Counted from the first letter of the stretch, positions 29,691-38,392 are shown. The stretch: DNA of 64,000 bases from a virus (IMGVR_UViG_3300045988_180880:256001-320000); one strand, 5' to 3'. The notes: generated by a model from the letters alone, not told the origin. Numbers and translations are program-made.

Positions 29691-30149
29691 ATGATGAAAG
29701 TTAAAAGATTTTCTCAAACTCAACCAGATATAGAGTGGCATAAAAACAATATAAATCCAAACTCAGGTAGCAATCTGGAAGATGGAAGTACTCTTTATAA
29801 AGCAAAATCTGGAGATTATCTTTATTTGTATAAAGATGGTGAATGGGTTATTATGAATGGTGTTAATAAATTTATGCAGGATTCTAAATTATATCAAATT
29901 TCAAAATTCGATAAAAACATTCATAATAAGATTGGAGCCGCAGGAGCAGTTATTGGTGGTTTTGTTGGGAGTTTGCCTGGATTAGCAATGGGTAATTTAA
30001 AAACAGCTGCTACAGGGGCTGTGATTGGATCAACTATATCTGGATTATATAATAGAAATAAAGCAAAGAAACGTGCTGAAAATATAGTAAAGGATTACGA
30101 GTCTAAGTATGGTAAGAATGCTTATACTACATTTATGAAAAAGAAGTAA
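29691..30149 (+). CDS. N-box glycine-zipper protein
   Basis: Starts MMKVKRFSQ. Contains IGAAGAVIGGFVGSLPGLAMGNLKTAATGAVIGS. Confidence 0.55.
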   Translation: MMKVKRFSQTQPDIEWHKNNINPNSGSNLEDGSTLYKAKSGDYLYLYKDGEWVIMNGVNKFMQDSKLYQISKFDKNIHNKIGAAGAVIGGFVGSLPGLAMGNLKTAATGAVIGSTISGLYNRNKAKKRAENIVKDYESKYGKNAYTTFMKKK

Positions 30150-30251
30150 ACTATCTTTAATTTTAAATTACTTTTACTATAATTGAATACCTATTCCATT
30201 TTAAGGATGTAGTAAGGAATGATATTCAGTTTATTATATATTTCTAATAAT

Positions 30252-30292
30252 AAAAAAAATGAGATACACTATTCTCACGAACTATGTATCTC
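30252..30292 (+). repeat. REP-A hairpin, copy 1
   Basis: A-run followed by GAGATACA-ctattctcacgaacta-TGTATCTC. The loop sequence is conserved in all 3 copies. Confidence 0.7.
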
Positions 30293-30326
30293 TTGGCAAG
30301 TTACTACAAAAATTAATGTAGCAAGT

Positions 30327-30358
30327 TTAATCCTCATAAAAAATGAGAATTAATTTTT
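30327..30358 (+). terminator. rho-independent-type terminator
   Basis: TTAATCCTCAT/ATGAGAATTAA hairpin followed by TTTTT. Confidence 0.5.
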
Positions 30359-30363
30359 TAAAT

Positions 30364-30383
30364 CATATATAAGGCTTTGAAGT
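30364..30383 (+). promoter_or_regulatory. promoter-like box CATATATAAGGCTTTGAAGT
   Basis: One of 4 near-identical boxes; the others directly precede tRNA genes or an ATG. Confidence 0.4.
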
Positions 30384-30427
30384 GATAAAAATAATACTGT
30401 CTTATTTTCACAAACTGTACTGCCTTT

Positions 30428-30526
30428 TACGACAAATAATAATAATAAAATTACCTTACATAGGTAATTAGTATAAGTTCCAAGTTTTATTGTAGTAAAA
30501 AACTTATACTGATTTATTCTACTACA
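30428..30526 (+). ncRNA. candidate pseudoknotted small RNA, copy X1
   Basis: Hairpins ATTACCT/AGGTAAT and TATAAGTT/AACTTATA. The second loop, GTAGTA, is complementary to the downstream TACTAC. Confidence 0.35.
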
Positions 30527-30537
30527 TACCTTAATGA

Positions 30538-30577
30538 TAAAAAATGAGATACACTATTCTCACGAACCATGTATCTC
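30538..30577 (+). repeat. REP-A hairpin, copy 2
   Basis: AAAAATGAGATACACTATTCTCACGAACCATGTATCTC. Confidence 0.7.
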
Positions 30578-30628
30578 TGCGTAGCAAATTTAATCAACAC
30601 AGATTGTGAAGATTAAATTCTTATATTA

Positions 30629-30648
30629 ACATATATAAGGCTTTGAAG
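30629..30648 (+). promoter_or_regulatory. promoter-like box CATATATAAGGCTTTGAAGT
   Basis: Ends 15 nt upstream of tRNA-Glu. Confidence 0.45.
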
Positions 30649-30663
30649 TCTTATTAAAAATGT

Positions 30664-30735
30664 GGTCCTATCGTCTATCGGTTAGGACGCGAGATTTTCA
30701 TTCTCGAAAGAGGAGTTCGATTCTCCTTAGGACTA
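30664..30735 (+). tRNA. trnE: tRNA-Glu (anticodon TTC)
   Basis: Acceptor GGTCCTA/TAGGACT (G1.U72), D stem GTCT/GGAC, anticodon arm CGAGA-ttTTCat-TCTCG, T arm AGGAG-ttcgatt-CTCCT. Confidence 0.85.
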
Positions 30736-30743
30736 CAAAAGTC

Positions 30744-30864
30744 AACGATGAGATATCGCAAAGACTTATTTAGACATGTTAATAGTGAAAAGGATAGAAT
30801 TAGCTACTCTATCCTCTCACTTTAAATCTAAGTAAGGTTACGTAATAATTGATATCTCGGGAAG
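30744..30864 (+). promoter_or_regulatory. conserved structured leader, copy C
   Basis: AACGATG-AGATATC ... hairpin GGATAGA/TCTATCC ... GATATCT-CGGGAAG. It ends 15 nt before the ATG at 30880. Confidence 0.6.
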
Positions 30865-30879
30865 TGATAATTAAATAAC

Positions 30880-31451
30880 ATGTCTAAAAATGATAAATTA
30901 TTACCTGTACCATTAAAGTACACCTATCCGGTTGTAATGGAAATTTCTCCAAGTAACAAACCATTGAAAAATTAGACATCTATTGTAATAGGTGTGGAAA
31001 GTTTTTTAAACAAACAGCCTATGATCATGTTTATGGATCTGGATGTCCTGATTGTAATAAATTAGGAGGAAAAAGCGCATTAAATGTATTAAAGTGGTTA
31101 GAAACAAATCAAATTGATTATACAAGGGAATATTCTATAAAATTAAATAATAGGAACATTAGAATAGATTATGTTTTTAATTATAATAATTGTTGTTTGT
31201 GGATAGAGTATAATGGACTACAACATTATAAGAAAGTAGATTATTTTCATAAAACAGATGAAGGTTTTCTTAAACAATTAAATAGAGATAATGAAGTTAG
31301 AAAATATTGTAAAGAGAATAATATCATCCTTATAGAAATTCCGTATACATATAACACTTATGAAAAAGTAGAACAATTATTAAATCGAGTAATTTTAAAT
31401 GGAGAGGATATAAACTCTATTATAGATTATTCAAAATTATATAAAATATGA
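30880..31451 (+). pseudogene. deleted/frameshifted zinc-ribbon + Vsr/DUF559-like homing endonuclease
   Basis: The 31-codon N-terminus MSKNDKLLPVPLKYTYPVVM matches the start of the 41879 gene, then stops at TAG 30973. The -1 frame continues from 30972 (LDIYCNRCG...GCPDCN...WIEYNGLQHY...RDNEVRKYCKENNIILIEI) to 31451. The central ~250 aa of the full-length paralog are missing. Confidence 0.6.
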
Positions 31452-33656
31452 AAAAATCAGAAACAATATTTCAAAAGTTATTTTCAGGAATTAGTTTTGG
31501 AAATTCACGTATACCTTTAATTATGTAGTAGAGGCTTAAGATAGAATAAAATCTTAAGAAAATACCTTAAAATGCTGGAAAATATAAAATATAGATCAGC
31601 ATCTCTATTTATCGATTAAAAATAGAGTTCAACGACTATAGTAGGTACTTAGATAATATAGTCTAAATTTAATAAAATATATTAAAATAAATTGTACGTT
31701 CAAATGTATTTAGTAAAGGTGGGGGAAGAGGGTATTCTGTTATTGGAGGAACTGGAAATGGAAGATTCTTAGATAATGAAAGAAATTCGCCCTTACTTGG
31801 TAATTCACAGCCTTCTTCTAGGTTATCCGGTTATCTTGATAGAATGGCAGAGCTTAGGTCATATTATCTTTTAGATATTACAAAGATGGCTACAAATTTC
31901 TTTTCAGATTATGTAGTTAATTTTATATCTCAAGATACCCAACAAATAGTTTCTGTATTAAATCCTGAAGATTCTACAAATAATGAAGCTGTAACTACTC
32001 GATTAAATGAGATTCTTTTAAAAGATATTAAAATAATTGATTATATACGAGACCATATAAATGACTATGTATTTTATGGAGGTTATTATAGTATGCTTCA
32101 AACTCAAAGAGATGAAAAAGGTCATCTTGTATTTAGAACAGAAGAACTTAATAATCCAAATGCAGTAGTTATAAAGAAGAAAAAGAACGAGGATGGAAAT
32201 ATAGAAGATATATTTTTAGCAATCGGAGATGATGGAAATCTATATGAAATTCCTAGTACTGAGGTAATATATATAAGTAATCCTAAACTTCGACTTACAA
32301 ATGATCTCGAAGAAGGATGGAAAGAAAAGTCTAAACCAGAAAAGCCAAAATTAGGAAGAAATAAGGGATCAGAAAATAGAAATAAAGTTCTTAGGAAAGA
32401 ATCATTTATGGCTTCTGAACCGTTATTTTATTCAAGTATTTTGAAGATAAAAGAATTAGTTATAAAAGAGCTTTTGATATCTCTTATTTCGTTAAGAGAT
32501 CTTTCATCGCCTCAATTATTGGGATTAAATACCGATTAAAATTTGTCGGATTAGATAAATAAAATCTAATGGAACTTTGTAAATTGCTGGAAGATCAAGT
32601 AAAGATAAATCAGCAAAAGATAGTAAAAACTACCTTCTCAACGACTAGATACAAAGAGAGAGTTTATATATAAATTCTTAAAGATATAGTCTAGTTTAAC
32701 TAAATAATTGTTAATATTCGAAAAGTGTCCCTCTAGAGACAATGAACGAATTATGCGCTCGATTACAGAAACTTGCAAACAATACGAATGAGTTGTCTTC
32801 ATTCATCACATCTCAGTTCGATGTCACCTCGTTCATTGAGTCTGCATTAACTCAAAATGTTAAGGTTTTTCCTGACTATAATAGTACCATTACCTCAAGG
32901 ACTTCACTACTCCCACTTGATAAATTAACAGACAAACTTTTAGATCTTATACAGAATCTTGATTATGTAAGAAATAGTGTTCTTTCTCCTCTTGGATTAC
33001 CATCTACTATATTAGATGGAACATCTGGCAGTAAGTGGTTAATAAATTGGCCGTCTAGAGAAGCAATTCTTTAGATAATTAGTAAGTAAATTTGGTGAAA
33101 CTATTAATACTAGTAATACCAAGCCTTAGATTAATCTAATTAAGGTATAACGAATAAAGACTTACCAACTTATAAAAAGTTGAATTTATATTCTAAACTA
33201 TAATAAAAAGATTATAGAGATATCATTGCAGTACTTCAACAGTCAGAAAGAGCTAATTCAAGAGTAACATCATTAATTTCAGGAATAAAAGATTCAATAG
33301 TAAATCTTGTTTGTAGTATTTATAAGGTAATATATAATGAAGATTTAGATCCAAGTTTAGTTCAAATTCATATATTCCAGAAAACAACTGTAGAGTATAA
33401 CAATCAGATAAATGAAGCTGAATCAGTTAGTGGTTTAGTTCAAGGTATCTCTGGAGTTTTATCTAATGCACTCCAAACTTTAGAACAAGCAACTCCATTA
33501 ATTGAACCAGAATCATATTTAAGTTATATTCAAAACTTACTTAAAGATATTGACCCAAGTACAGAATCTCTAATAAATGAAGATACGATTAAGCAGTATA
33601 TAGAATTTCTTAATCAAAAACTTCAGGCACAACGAGAACAGCTTGGACTCAGTTAA
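31448..33656 (+). CDS. portal protein (putative), 4 exons
   Basis: join(31448..31517,31695..32536,32721..33039,33229..33656), about 552 aa. The block LSPLGLPSTILDGTSGSKW-SVLQQSERANSRVTSLISGIK resembles the conserved portal stem/clip region. The ATG overlaps the stop of the upstream endonuclease remnant (ATGA). No homology search was done. Confidence 0.6.
31518..31694 (+). ncRNA. mini group I intron class A (177 nt), portal intron 1
   Basis: P1 CCUU/GAGG, P2 CUUAAGAU/AUCUUAAG, P3 UACCU/AGGUA. Core blocks P AAAUGCUGGAAA, Q GAUCAGCA, R UUCAACGACUA, S UAAUAUAGUC. It ends AAAUUG. Confidence 0.8.
32537..32720 (+). ncRNA. mini group I intron class A (184 nt), portal intron 2
   Basis: P1 CCGAU/GUCGG, P2 AUUAGAU/AUCUAAU, P3 CUUUG/CAAAG. 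Core blocks P AAAUUGCUGGAAG, Q AAUCAGCA, R UCAACGACUAGA, S AAGAUAUAGUC. It ends UAUUCG. Confidence 0.85.
33040..33228 (+). ncRNA. class B mini intron (189 nt, group I-like architecture), portal intron 3
   Basis: Shares AGUAAGUAAAUU, GGUGAAA, UAACGAAUAAAGACUUAC, AAUUUAUAUUCUAAACUAUAAUA and AUUAUAGA with the terL element. Proposed P1 is UGGU/GCCG and P2 is UCUAGAGAA/UUCUUUAGA. It ends CAUUG. Boundaries are tentative. Confidence 0.6.
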
Positions 33657-33671
33657 AATTATTCAAAGAAG

Positions 33672-34037
33672 ATGATAATTAAACGTAAATTATTTGCTTC
33701 TAATGATCCCACTCCAGAACAGTCTCCAGAAATTGGTCTAGCTAAACAAGAAATGACTTCTAAGGACTTGCAAATAGAACAAATGAGACTTCAACGTCAA
33801 ATCCTAGAAACTCAGAGAATGCGACAGAGAATGCAAGCTGAGGAAAGAATGCAAGAAATGAAGCAAGTCAATCAAACTCAGAAACTAGAACAGAAAAAGG
33901 ATGAAGCTCAAAAAGATAATCAATTAAAAGTAAAGAAAATTGACGCTCAGAATAGTAGGCAGGAAGTAAATAATATAGGATTGTACAAAACAAAATCAAA
34001 GCCTACGCCAACAGTATCAATGAAAACAAACTTGTAA
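33672..34037 (+). CDS. N-box coiled-coil protein
   Basis: Starts MIIKRKLFASND; Gln/Met/Arg-rich. Confidence 0.55.
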   Translation: MIIKRKLFASNDPTPEQSPEIGLAKQEMTSKDLQIEQMRLQRQILETQRMRQRMQAEERMQEMKQVNQTQKLEQKKDEAQKDNQLKVKKIDAQNSRQEVNNIGLYKTKSKPTPTVSMKTNL

Positions 34038-34041
34038 GATT

Positions 34042-34134
34042 ATGATTAAAGAAAAGACATTTACAGAAGGAGTGGAAGATTCTAAAGAACAAGAAGAGAA
34101 AGGATTTGATCCACTAAGACCGTATATAAAATGA
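34042..34134 (+). CDS. 30-aa N-box-like micro-ORF
   Basis: MIKEKTFTEG...; its stop overlaps the next ATG (ATGA at 34131). Confidence 0.3.
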   Translation: MIKEKTFTEGVEDSKEQEEKGFDPLRPYIK

Positions 34135-34364
34135 AAATTAAAAGATTTTCCGGTTATTCAGAAGCTGCCCCTGAAGGTGTAACTTATCAAAAATCAAGTC
34201 AGGTAATTACAAGATATATTCTTGATCCTCTTGATTCTAGTGTAGATACCTTAGAAGAAACAGATAAACTTGGGGTAACTAAACGAAAGAGTGATAGAAT
34301 TAAGAAGGTAATAAAACCTCTTAAAAAATATTTTAAATATAAATCAAATAAAAACAGTAATTAA
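34131..34364 (+). CDS. small N-box protein
   Basis: Starts MKIKRFSGYSE. Confidence 0.5.
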   Translation: MKIKRFSGYSEAAPEGVTYQKSSQVITRYILDPLDSSVDTLEETDKLGVTKRKSDRIKKVIKPLKKYFKYKSNKNSN

Positions 34365-34366
34365 GT

Positions 34367-34951
34367 ATGTATATTAGACGTAAAGTATTCTCATTACTAC
34401 AAGATGAGACAGGAGAAGAGAGATACTTCTCTACTACTGATGTAACACTGGAAAATGAGGAAGAGAGAACCTTTAGTGTTGCAGAAGATGCAGAAAGTTT
34501 GGAAGAAAAGGATTTCTCTGATAAAAAAAAAGAGGAAGATGATGAGCCAAAACTTACAACTAGTGATAAGATTAATATTAAGTTGAATAAAGCTCTGATT
34601 ACTAAGAAGGATCGCGAAGCATTTGTTGAAGCTTATGAAGATGGAAAATCTCATAAATACGGAAAACAGGCAGCTAAGTATGCAGCAATTGGTAATGGTA
34701 TAGGTGGCGGTATATTAGGTGCTGCAGTTGGTGGTAAAAAGGGTGCAGCTATTGGAGCCGGAATTGGCGCTGTTTCAGGTGCAGCAGGATCTTATGCTGG
34801 TACTAGAGCAGGTGTTGCACTTAATAAGCTTGCTAGAAAACATAGTGGTAGTCTTGATACTAAAACAAAATTAGCAGTAGATCGAGTAAAAGTAGCAGAT
34901 GGAAAAATGACAAAAGAAGAATTTGCTAAAAAATGGAGATCTAAGAAGTAA
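34367..34951 (+). CDS. N-box glycine-zipper protein, paralog of 28336 gene
   Basis: Starts MYIRRKVFSLLQDETGEERYFSTTDVTL. Contains AAIGNGIGGGILGAAVGGKKGAAIGAGIGAVSGAAGSYAG. Confidence 0.6.
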   Translation: MYIRRKVFSLLQDETGEERYFSTTDVTLENEEERTFSVAEDAESLEEKDFSDKKKEEDDEPKLTTSDKINIKLNKALITKKDREAFVEAYEDGKSHKYGKQAAKYAAIGNGIGGGILGAAVGGKKGAAIGAGIGAVSGAAGSYAGTRAGVALNKLARKHSGSLDTKTKLAVDRVKVADGKMTKEEFAKKWRSKK

Positions 34952-34961
34952 AAGAAATAAT

Positions 34962-34994
34962 CTATAGAGGTAGTGTAATCAATCTCCTCTATAG
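34962..34994 (+). terminator. hairpin CTATAGAGG/CCTCTATAG
   Basis: Identical to 29159-29191. Confidence 0.6.
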
Positions 34995-35096
34995 AACAAA
35001 CGCGCTAGATTTTTACAACCGAAGATTAATCGCACTAGGTGCAAAAAGTAAACGGTTGATAGTTGTAAAGCGCGAGAACTATAAAATAATAAATGT

Positions 35097-35992
35097 ATGA
35101 TAGGAACAGTTAACCCATTTAGTGACCCTGAATTTAAGAAACAAATTTTAGGGAAAGAAGGGAGAGCTGTTGATGACCCGGGAGATTATGAGATTTTGCA
35201 GCCGGAAGAGGATGTATCTAAAAACCTAAAAAATATTATAGGGTCAGCTCCAGTACTCCCTAAAACGGCTCGCAATATTATTATGGATGCTAGTGCTATT
35301 GCGAGTAATCAAAAAGAACAAAAAGCACTAGAATTAACTCATAAATTGAATGAAGTCTTTACTAGTTATAATAAAGAATATAATATAGATCTTCATGTTG
35401 ATTTCGGAAGCCTCTCAAATACTTTAGTTAATGTGGCAGATCCGAAGTCTAGACATATCTTAGAATTATATGTTTCTGAGGTATTTCAAAGTATAAGACC
35501 TATTTTAATTCTCAATATGATTTCTAAACTTTGTCTTTGTATTGATTATATACTCGATCCAATGAGACTCTTTGATAGTTCACAAATGACTTTACAAGAT
35601 TCATTTATTGCCGTTAATATATCTGCGGCTTAGTTGAAATACTAAGAAAATTATACTAAAATGCTGAAAGATAGTTAAAACATAAATCAGCAAAAAGGAT
35701 TACTAATATAAATCCTTTCTCAACGACTAAATGTATAACTAAATTTGAAATATAATTTAGATGATATAGTCTAATTTAATAAAATAAATATTAAAAATAG
35801 ATATGAGAAAAAATTATGCAATTTATTCAACAATTAGAAGATATGAAGAGTCAGATAATTGTTAAAGGTTCTGATCTTGAATTGAAAAAAATTGCAGAAG
35901 AATCTGGAAATGAAGAGTTGAATAGTGAAGAGTCTAAGCAAATAGTAGCAGACTTTATGAGATTATTTCAAAAAGAACATGGAATAGAATAA
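35097..35992 (+). CDS. hypothetical morphogenesis-module protein, 2 exons
   Basis: join(35097..35614,35806..35992). The junction reads ...DSFIAV-EKIMQFIQQLEDMK.... Function unknown. Confidence 0.65.
35615..35805 (+). ncRNA. mini group I intron class A (191 nt)
   Basis: P1 CCGU/GCGG, P2 CUUAG/CUAAG, P3 UAUAC/GUAUA, P6 AGGAUU/AAUCCU. Core blocks P AAAUGCUGAAA, Q AAUCAGCA, R UCAACGACUA, S UGAUAUAGUC. It ends GAUAUG. Confidence 0.8.
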
Positions 35993-36029
35993 AAAATGAG
36001 ATACACTATTCTCACGAACTATGTATCTC
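35991..36029 (+). repeat. REP-A hairpin, copy 3
   Basis: AAAAAATGAGATACACTATTCTCACGAACTATGTATCTC, immediately after the stop codon of the 35097 gene. Confidence 0.7.
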
Positions 36030-36046
36030 TACTTTAAATTATGATA

Positions 36047-36129
36047 ATACCTACTACGACATAGGTAATTAGTACTATTTCTATATAAAAAGTGTAGTAA
36101 AGAAATAGCACTCGTTTATTCTACTACAC
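36047..36129 (+). ncRNA. candidate pseudoknotted small RNA, copy X2
   Basis: Hairpins TACCT/AGGTA and CTATTTCT/AGAAATAG; the latter differs from X1's TATAAGTT/AACTTATA but still pairs. Loop GTGTAGTA is complementary to the downstream TACTACAC. Confidence 0.35.
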
Positions 36130-36148
36130 ATATATAAGGCTTTTAAGT
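36127..36148 (+). promoter_or_regulatory. promoter-like box CACATATATAAGGCTTTTAAGT
   Basis: Lies 44 nt upstream of the Thr-Asn-Ser tRNA cluster. Confidence 0.45.
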
Positions 36149-36192
36149 TTTATGATATTTTCTGATTTATATTTCATAATTAAATCAGAATT

Positions 36193-36266
36193 GCCTCTTT
36201 AGCTCAGTTGGCCAGAGCACGTGATTTGTAATCTCGGGGTCGTTGGTTCGAATCCGACAAGAGGCT
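36193..36266 (+). tRNA. trnT: tRNA-Thr (anticodon TGT)
   Basis: Acceptor GCCTCTT/AAGAGGC, D stem GCTC/GAGC, anticodon loop ttTGTaa (one stem mismatch), T arm GTTGG-ttcgaat-CCGAC. Confidence 0.85.
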
Positions 36267-36278
36267 CAAAAATAATAT

Positions 36279-36350
36279 TCTCCGTTAGCTCAGAGGCAGA
36301 GCATTTGACTGTTAATCAAAGGGTCGGTATATCGTAATTACCACGGAGAG
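36279..36350 (+). tRNA. trnN: tRNA-Asn (anticodon GTT) with aberrant T arm
   Basis: Acceptor TCTCCGT/ACGGAGA, D stem GCTC/GAGC, anticodon arm TTTGA-ctGTTaa-TCAAA. The T arm is GGTA-tatcgtaat-TACC and lacks TTC. Confidence 0.65.
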
Positions 36351-36358
36351 CTGTTTTA

Positions 36359-36443
36359 GGAGAGGTGGCAGAGTGGTCGATTGCGGCGGTCTTGAAAACC
36401 GTTGTACTGCGAGGTACCCGGGGTTCGAATCCCTGTCTCTCCG
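36359..36443 (+). tRNA. trnS: tRNA-Ser (anticodon TGA), type II
   Basis: Acceptor GGAGAGG/TCTCTCC, anticodon arm GCGGT-ctTGAaa-ACCGT, long variable arm, T arm CGGGG-ttcgaat-CCCTG. Confidence 0.85.
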
Positions 36444-36488
36444 CAATAATTTTAAAGATAAGAAAAATTATAAAAAAAACAATTAATT

Positions 36489-37273
36489 ATGGGAAAAGAG
36501 AAATATAACAAAGAAGAATTAATAAGATTATTAATTCATGAAGGAAAATCTTATAAAGAAGTTGCAGCTATGCGGGGTGATGGAAGCACTGGAGAAGCTA
36601 TACGTAAAGCAGCAAATAGATACGGGATAAAAGTATCAGATAGAAAGAAACTAAGAAAATGTGAATATTGTGGTAAAGAGCATGATGGTTCTTTTGGTTC
36701 TGGAAGATTTTGTTGTTCAGATTGTGCAAAGAAATATTCACTTAGTTTCAGCAAAGGTAAAAAACCAGAAGATAAATCTACTAAAGAAGAAAAAGTAGAA
36801 GAGTCTGTAAAGATAGCTCCTCCTAAGGAATGTACCACTGAATTGTCTAGATTTGATGGAAAATTAACTTCAGATTTATTAGGATATGTAGGTGAATGTG
36901 CGACAATGTTTCAATTAGCAAGAGTTGGAATTATGTCATCTAAACCTTGTGGAGTAGATAGATATGATGTAATTGCAGATATAGGAGGAATACTTTATAA
37001 AATTCAGGTTAAATCTACTGCTGGCTATATTGATAAAGATGGAGCATTATCGTACAATCTTCAAAATAAATCTGGATTATATAAAAAGGTGAAGTAGATT
37101 TCTTTGCCTTGTATAATTATGTACTTGATATTATACTATTAGTTCCCTTTAGTATACTTGAAGGTAAATATAAGGTGCGTATTCATTTTGGAAAAGAAAA
37201 AGATGAATCAGATTTATTCTTTTGGAAAGATTATATTTTATTTGATGTAGCGAAATCTTTATTATCCAGTTAA
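36489..37273 (+). CDS. HTH + zinc-ribbon + PD-(D/E)xK-type homing endonuclease, needs a -1 frameshift at AAA-AAG (37083-37088)
   Basis: Frame 0 stops at TAG 37095. The -1 frame from 37088 reads [54 protein letters not shown] to TAA 37271-37273. Upstream lies [17 protein letters not shown] (D...QxK nuclease core). Confidence 0.6.
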
Positions 37274-37286
37274 TTAATAATAAGTT

Positions 37287-37368
37287 TGTGTGATACTCAA
37301 GTGGTTAACGAGGATAGACTGTAAATCTATTAGCTTTGCTTTCGGGAGTTCGAATCTCTCTCACACAA
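37287..37368 (+). tRNA. trnY: tRNA-Tyr (anticodon GTA), type II
   Basis: Acceptor TGTGTGA/TCACACA, anticodon arm ATAGA-ctGTAaa-TCTAT, long variable arm, T arm GGGAG-ttcgaat-CTCTC. Confidence 0.85.
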
Positions 37369-37388
37369 CATAAAATAAAATTATAAAT

Positions 37389-38372
37389 ATGAAAGTAAAA
37401 AGATTTAGTAAATTAGATACTCTACAAGATTCTATAAAAATTGTAAGTAAGAAAACAGGAGAATCTCTCACAATAAATAGATTTAAATCTTTTGTAGATA
37501 TTCTTGGAAAATTTATTAAGAGACTTAGAGAATGGAGTAATAAGAGACCGTCATTTGATATTTACTTAGGTTCTGAGAAAGTAGCAGAATTAAATCTTAT
37601 AGAAAAGTCCAAAGAAGAATTAAATATAATGTGGATTGAAACTTATGAAGATTATAGAGGTAAAGGATATTCTCAGGCTATTCTAACAGAGTTGATTAGA
37701 TTTGCTAAGTCTCAAGGTTATAAATATGTTACTCTTGAAGTGCCTGGTAGATCTCCTGATGCTAGACATATTTATGAGAAGCTTGGATTTAAGGATGATG
37801 GAGTCTTGACAACCCCAGAAGAAGATTTTTATTGGGGAGGTCTTACTAGAATGAAACTTAAATTGTTTGCAAATATTACTAATGTAACAAGTTTAACTCC
37901 ATTGAAAAATATAATAACAACTACTACTAGAAAAGCTACCGGACTATCTAATTCTAAAATAGCAACACAAGCAAAGAATGCAGCATTAGATTTACACTCT
38001 GTAACTAAAGATGCTCAAAATTCTTTTATATCTCCTAATGGTAATGGATATGTAACTAAAAGTTATTTTACTAAAAGACGTCCTAAAGGAAAGAAAGTTG
38101 AGTTTGTAGGAGATTTATTTGGGAATCCTAATCAATTACAGAAACCGAAAGTTATTAATAGCAGCAGTAGTAATAAAGGAGGAAATTCTTCAATTAGTAG
38201 TTTAGATGCTAAAAGAATGAATTTAAAACGGTATAATTCTCATAAAACAAGATCTTTGGAAGTAACACCTACTGCACCTGGACAAAATGAGTGGGTTAAA
38301 CGTGTAAAAACTAATGGACAAGCTAGGTGGGAAAATAATGGGTTATATATTCCTGGTTTTGAGAAATTATAA
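37389..38372 (+). CDS. N-box GNAT acetyltransferase-domain protein
   Basis: Starts MKVKRFSKLDT. GNAT motif A YRGKGYSQAILTELIRFAK and ...IYEKLGFKDDG. The C-terminal half is low-complexity. Confidence 0.65.
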   Translation: MKVKRFSKLDTLQDSIKIVSKKTGESLTINRFKSFVDILGKFIKRLREWSNKRPSFDIYLGSEKVAELNLIEKSKEELNIMWIETYEDYRGKGYSQAILTELIRFAKSQGYKYVTLEVPGRSPDARHIYEKLGFKDDGVLTTPEEDFYWGGLTRMKLKLFANITNVTSLTPLKNIITTTTRKATGLSNSKIATQAKNAALDLHSVTKDAQNSFISPNGNGYVTKSYFTKRRPKGKKVEFVGDLFGNPNQLQKPKVINSSSSNKGGNSSISSLDAKRMNLKRYNSHKTRSLEVTPTAPGQNEWVKRVKTNGQARWENNGLYIPGFEKL

Positions 38373-38392
38373 AAAGAGAAAGGATCAAAATT

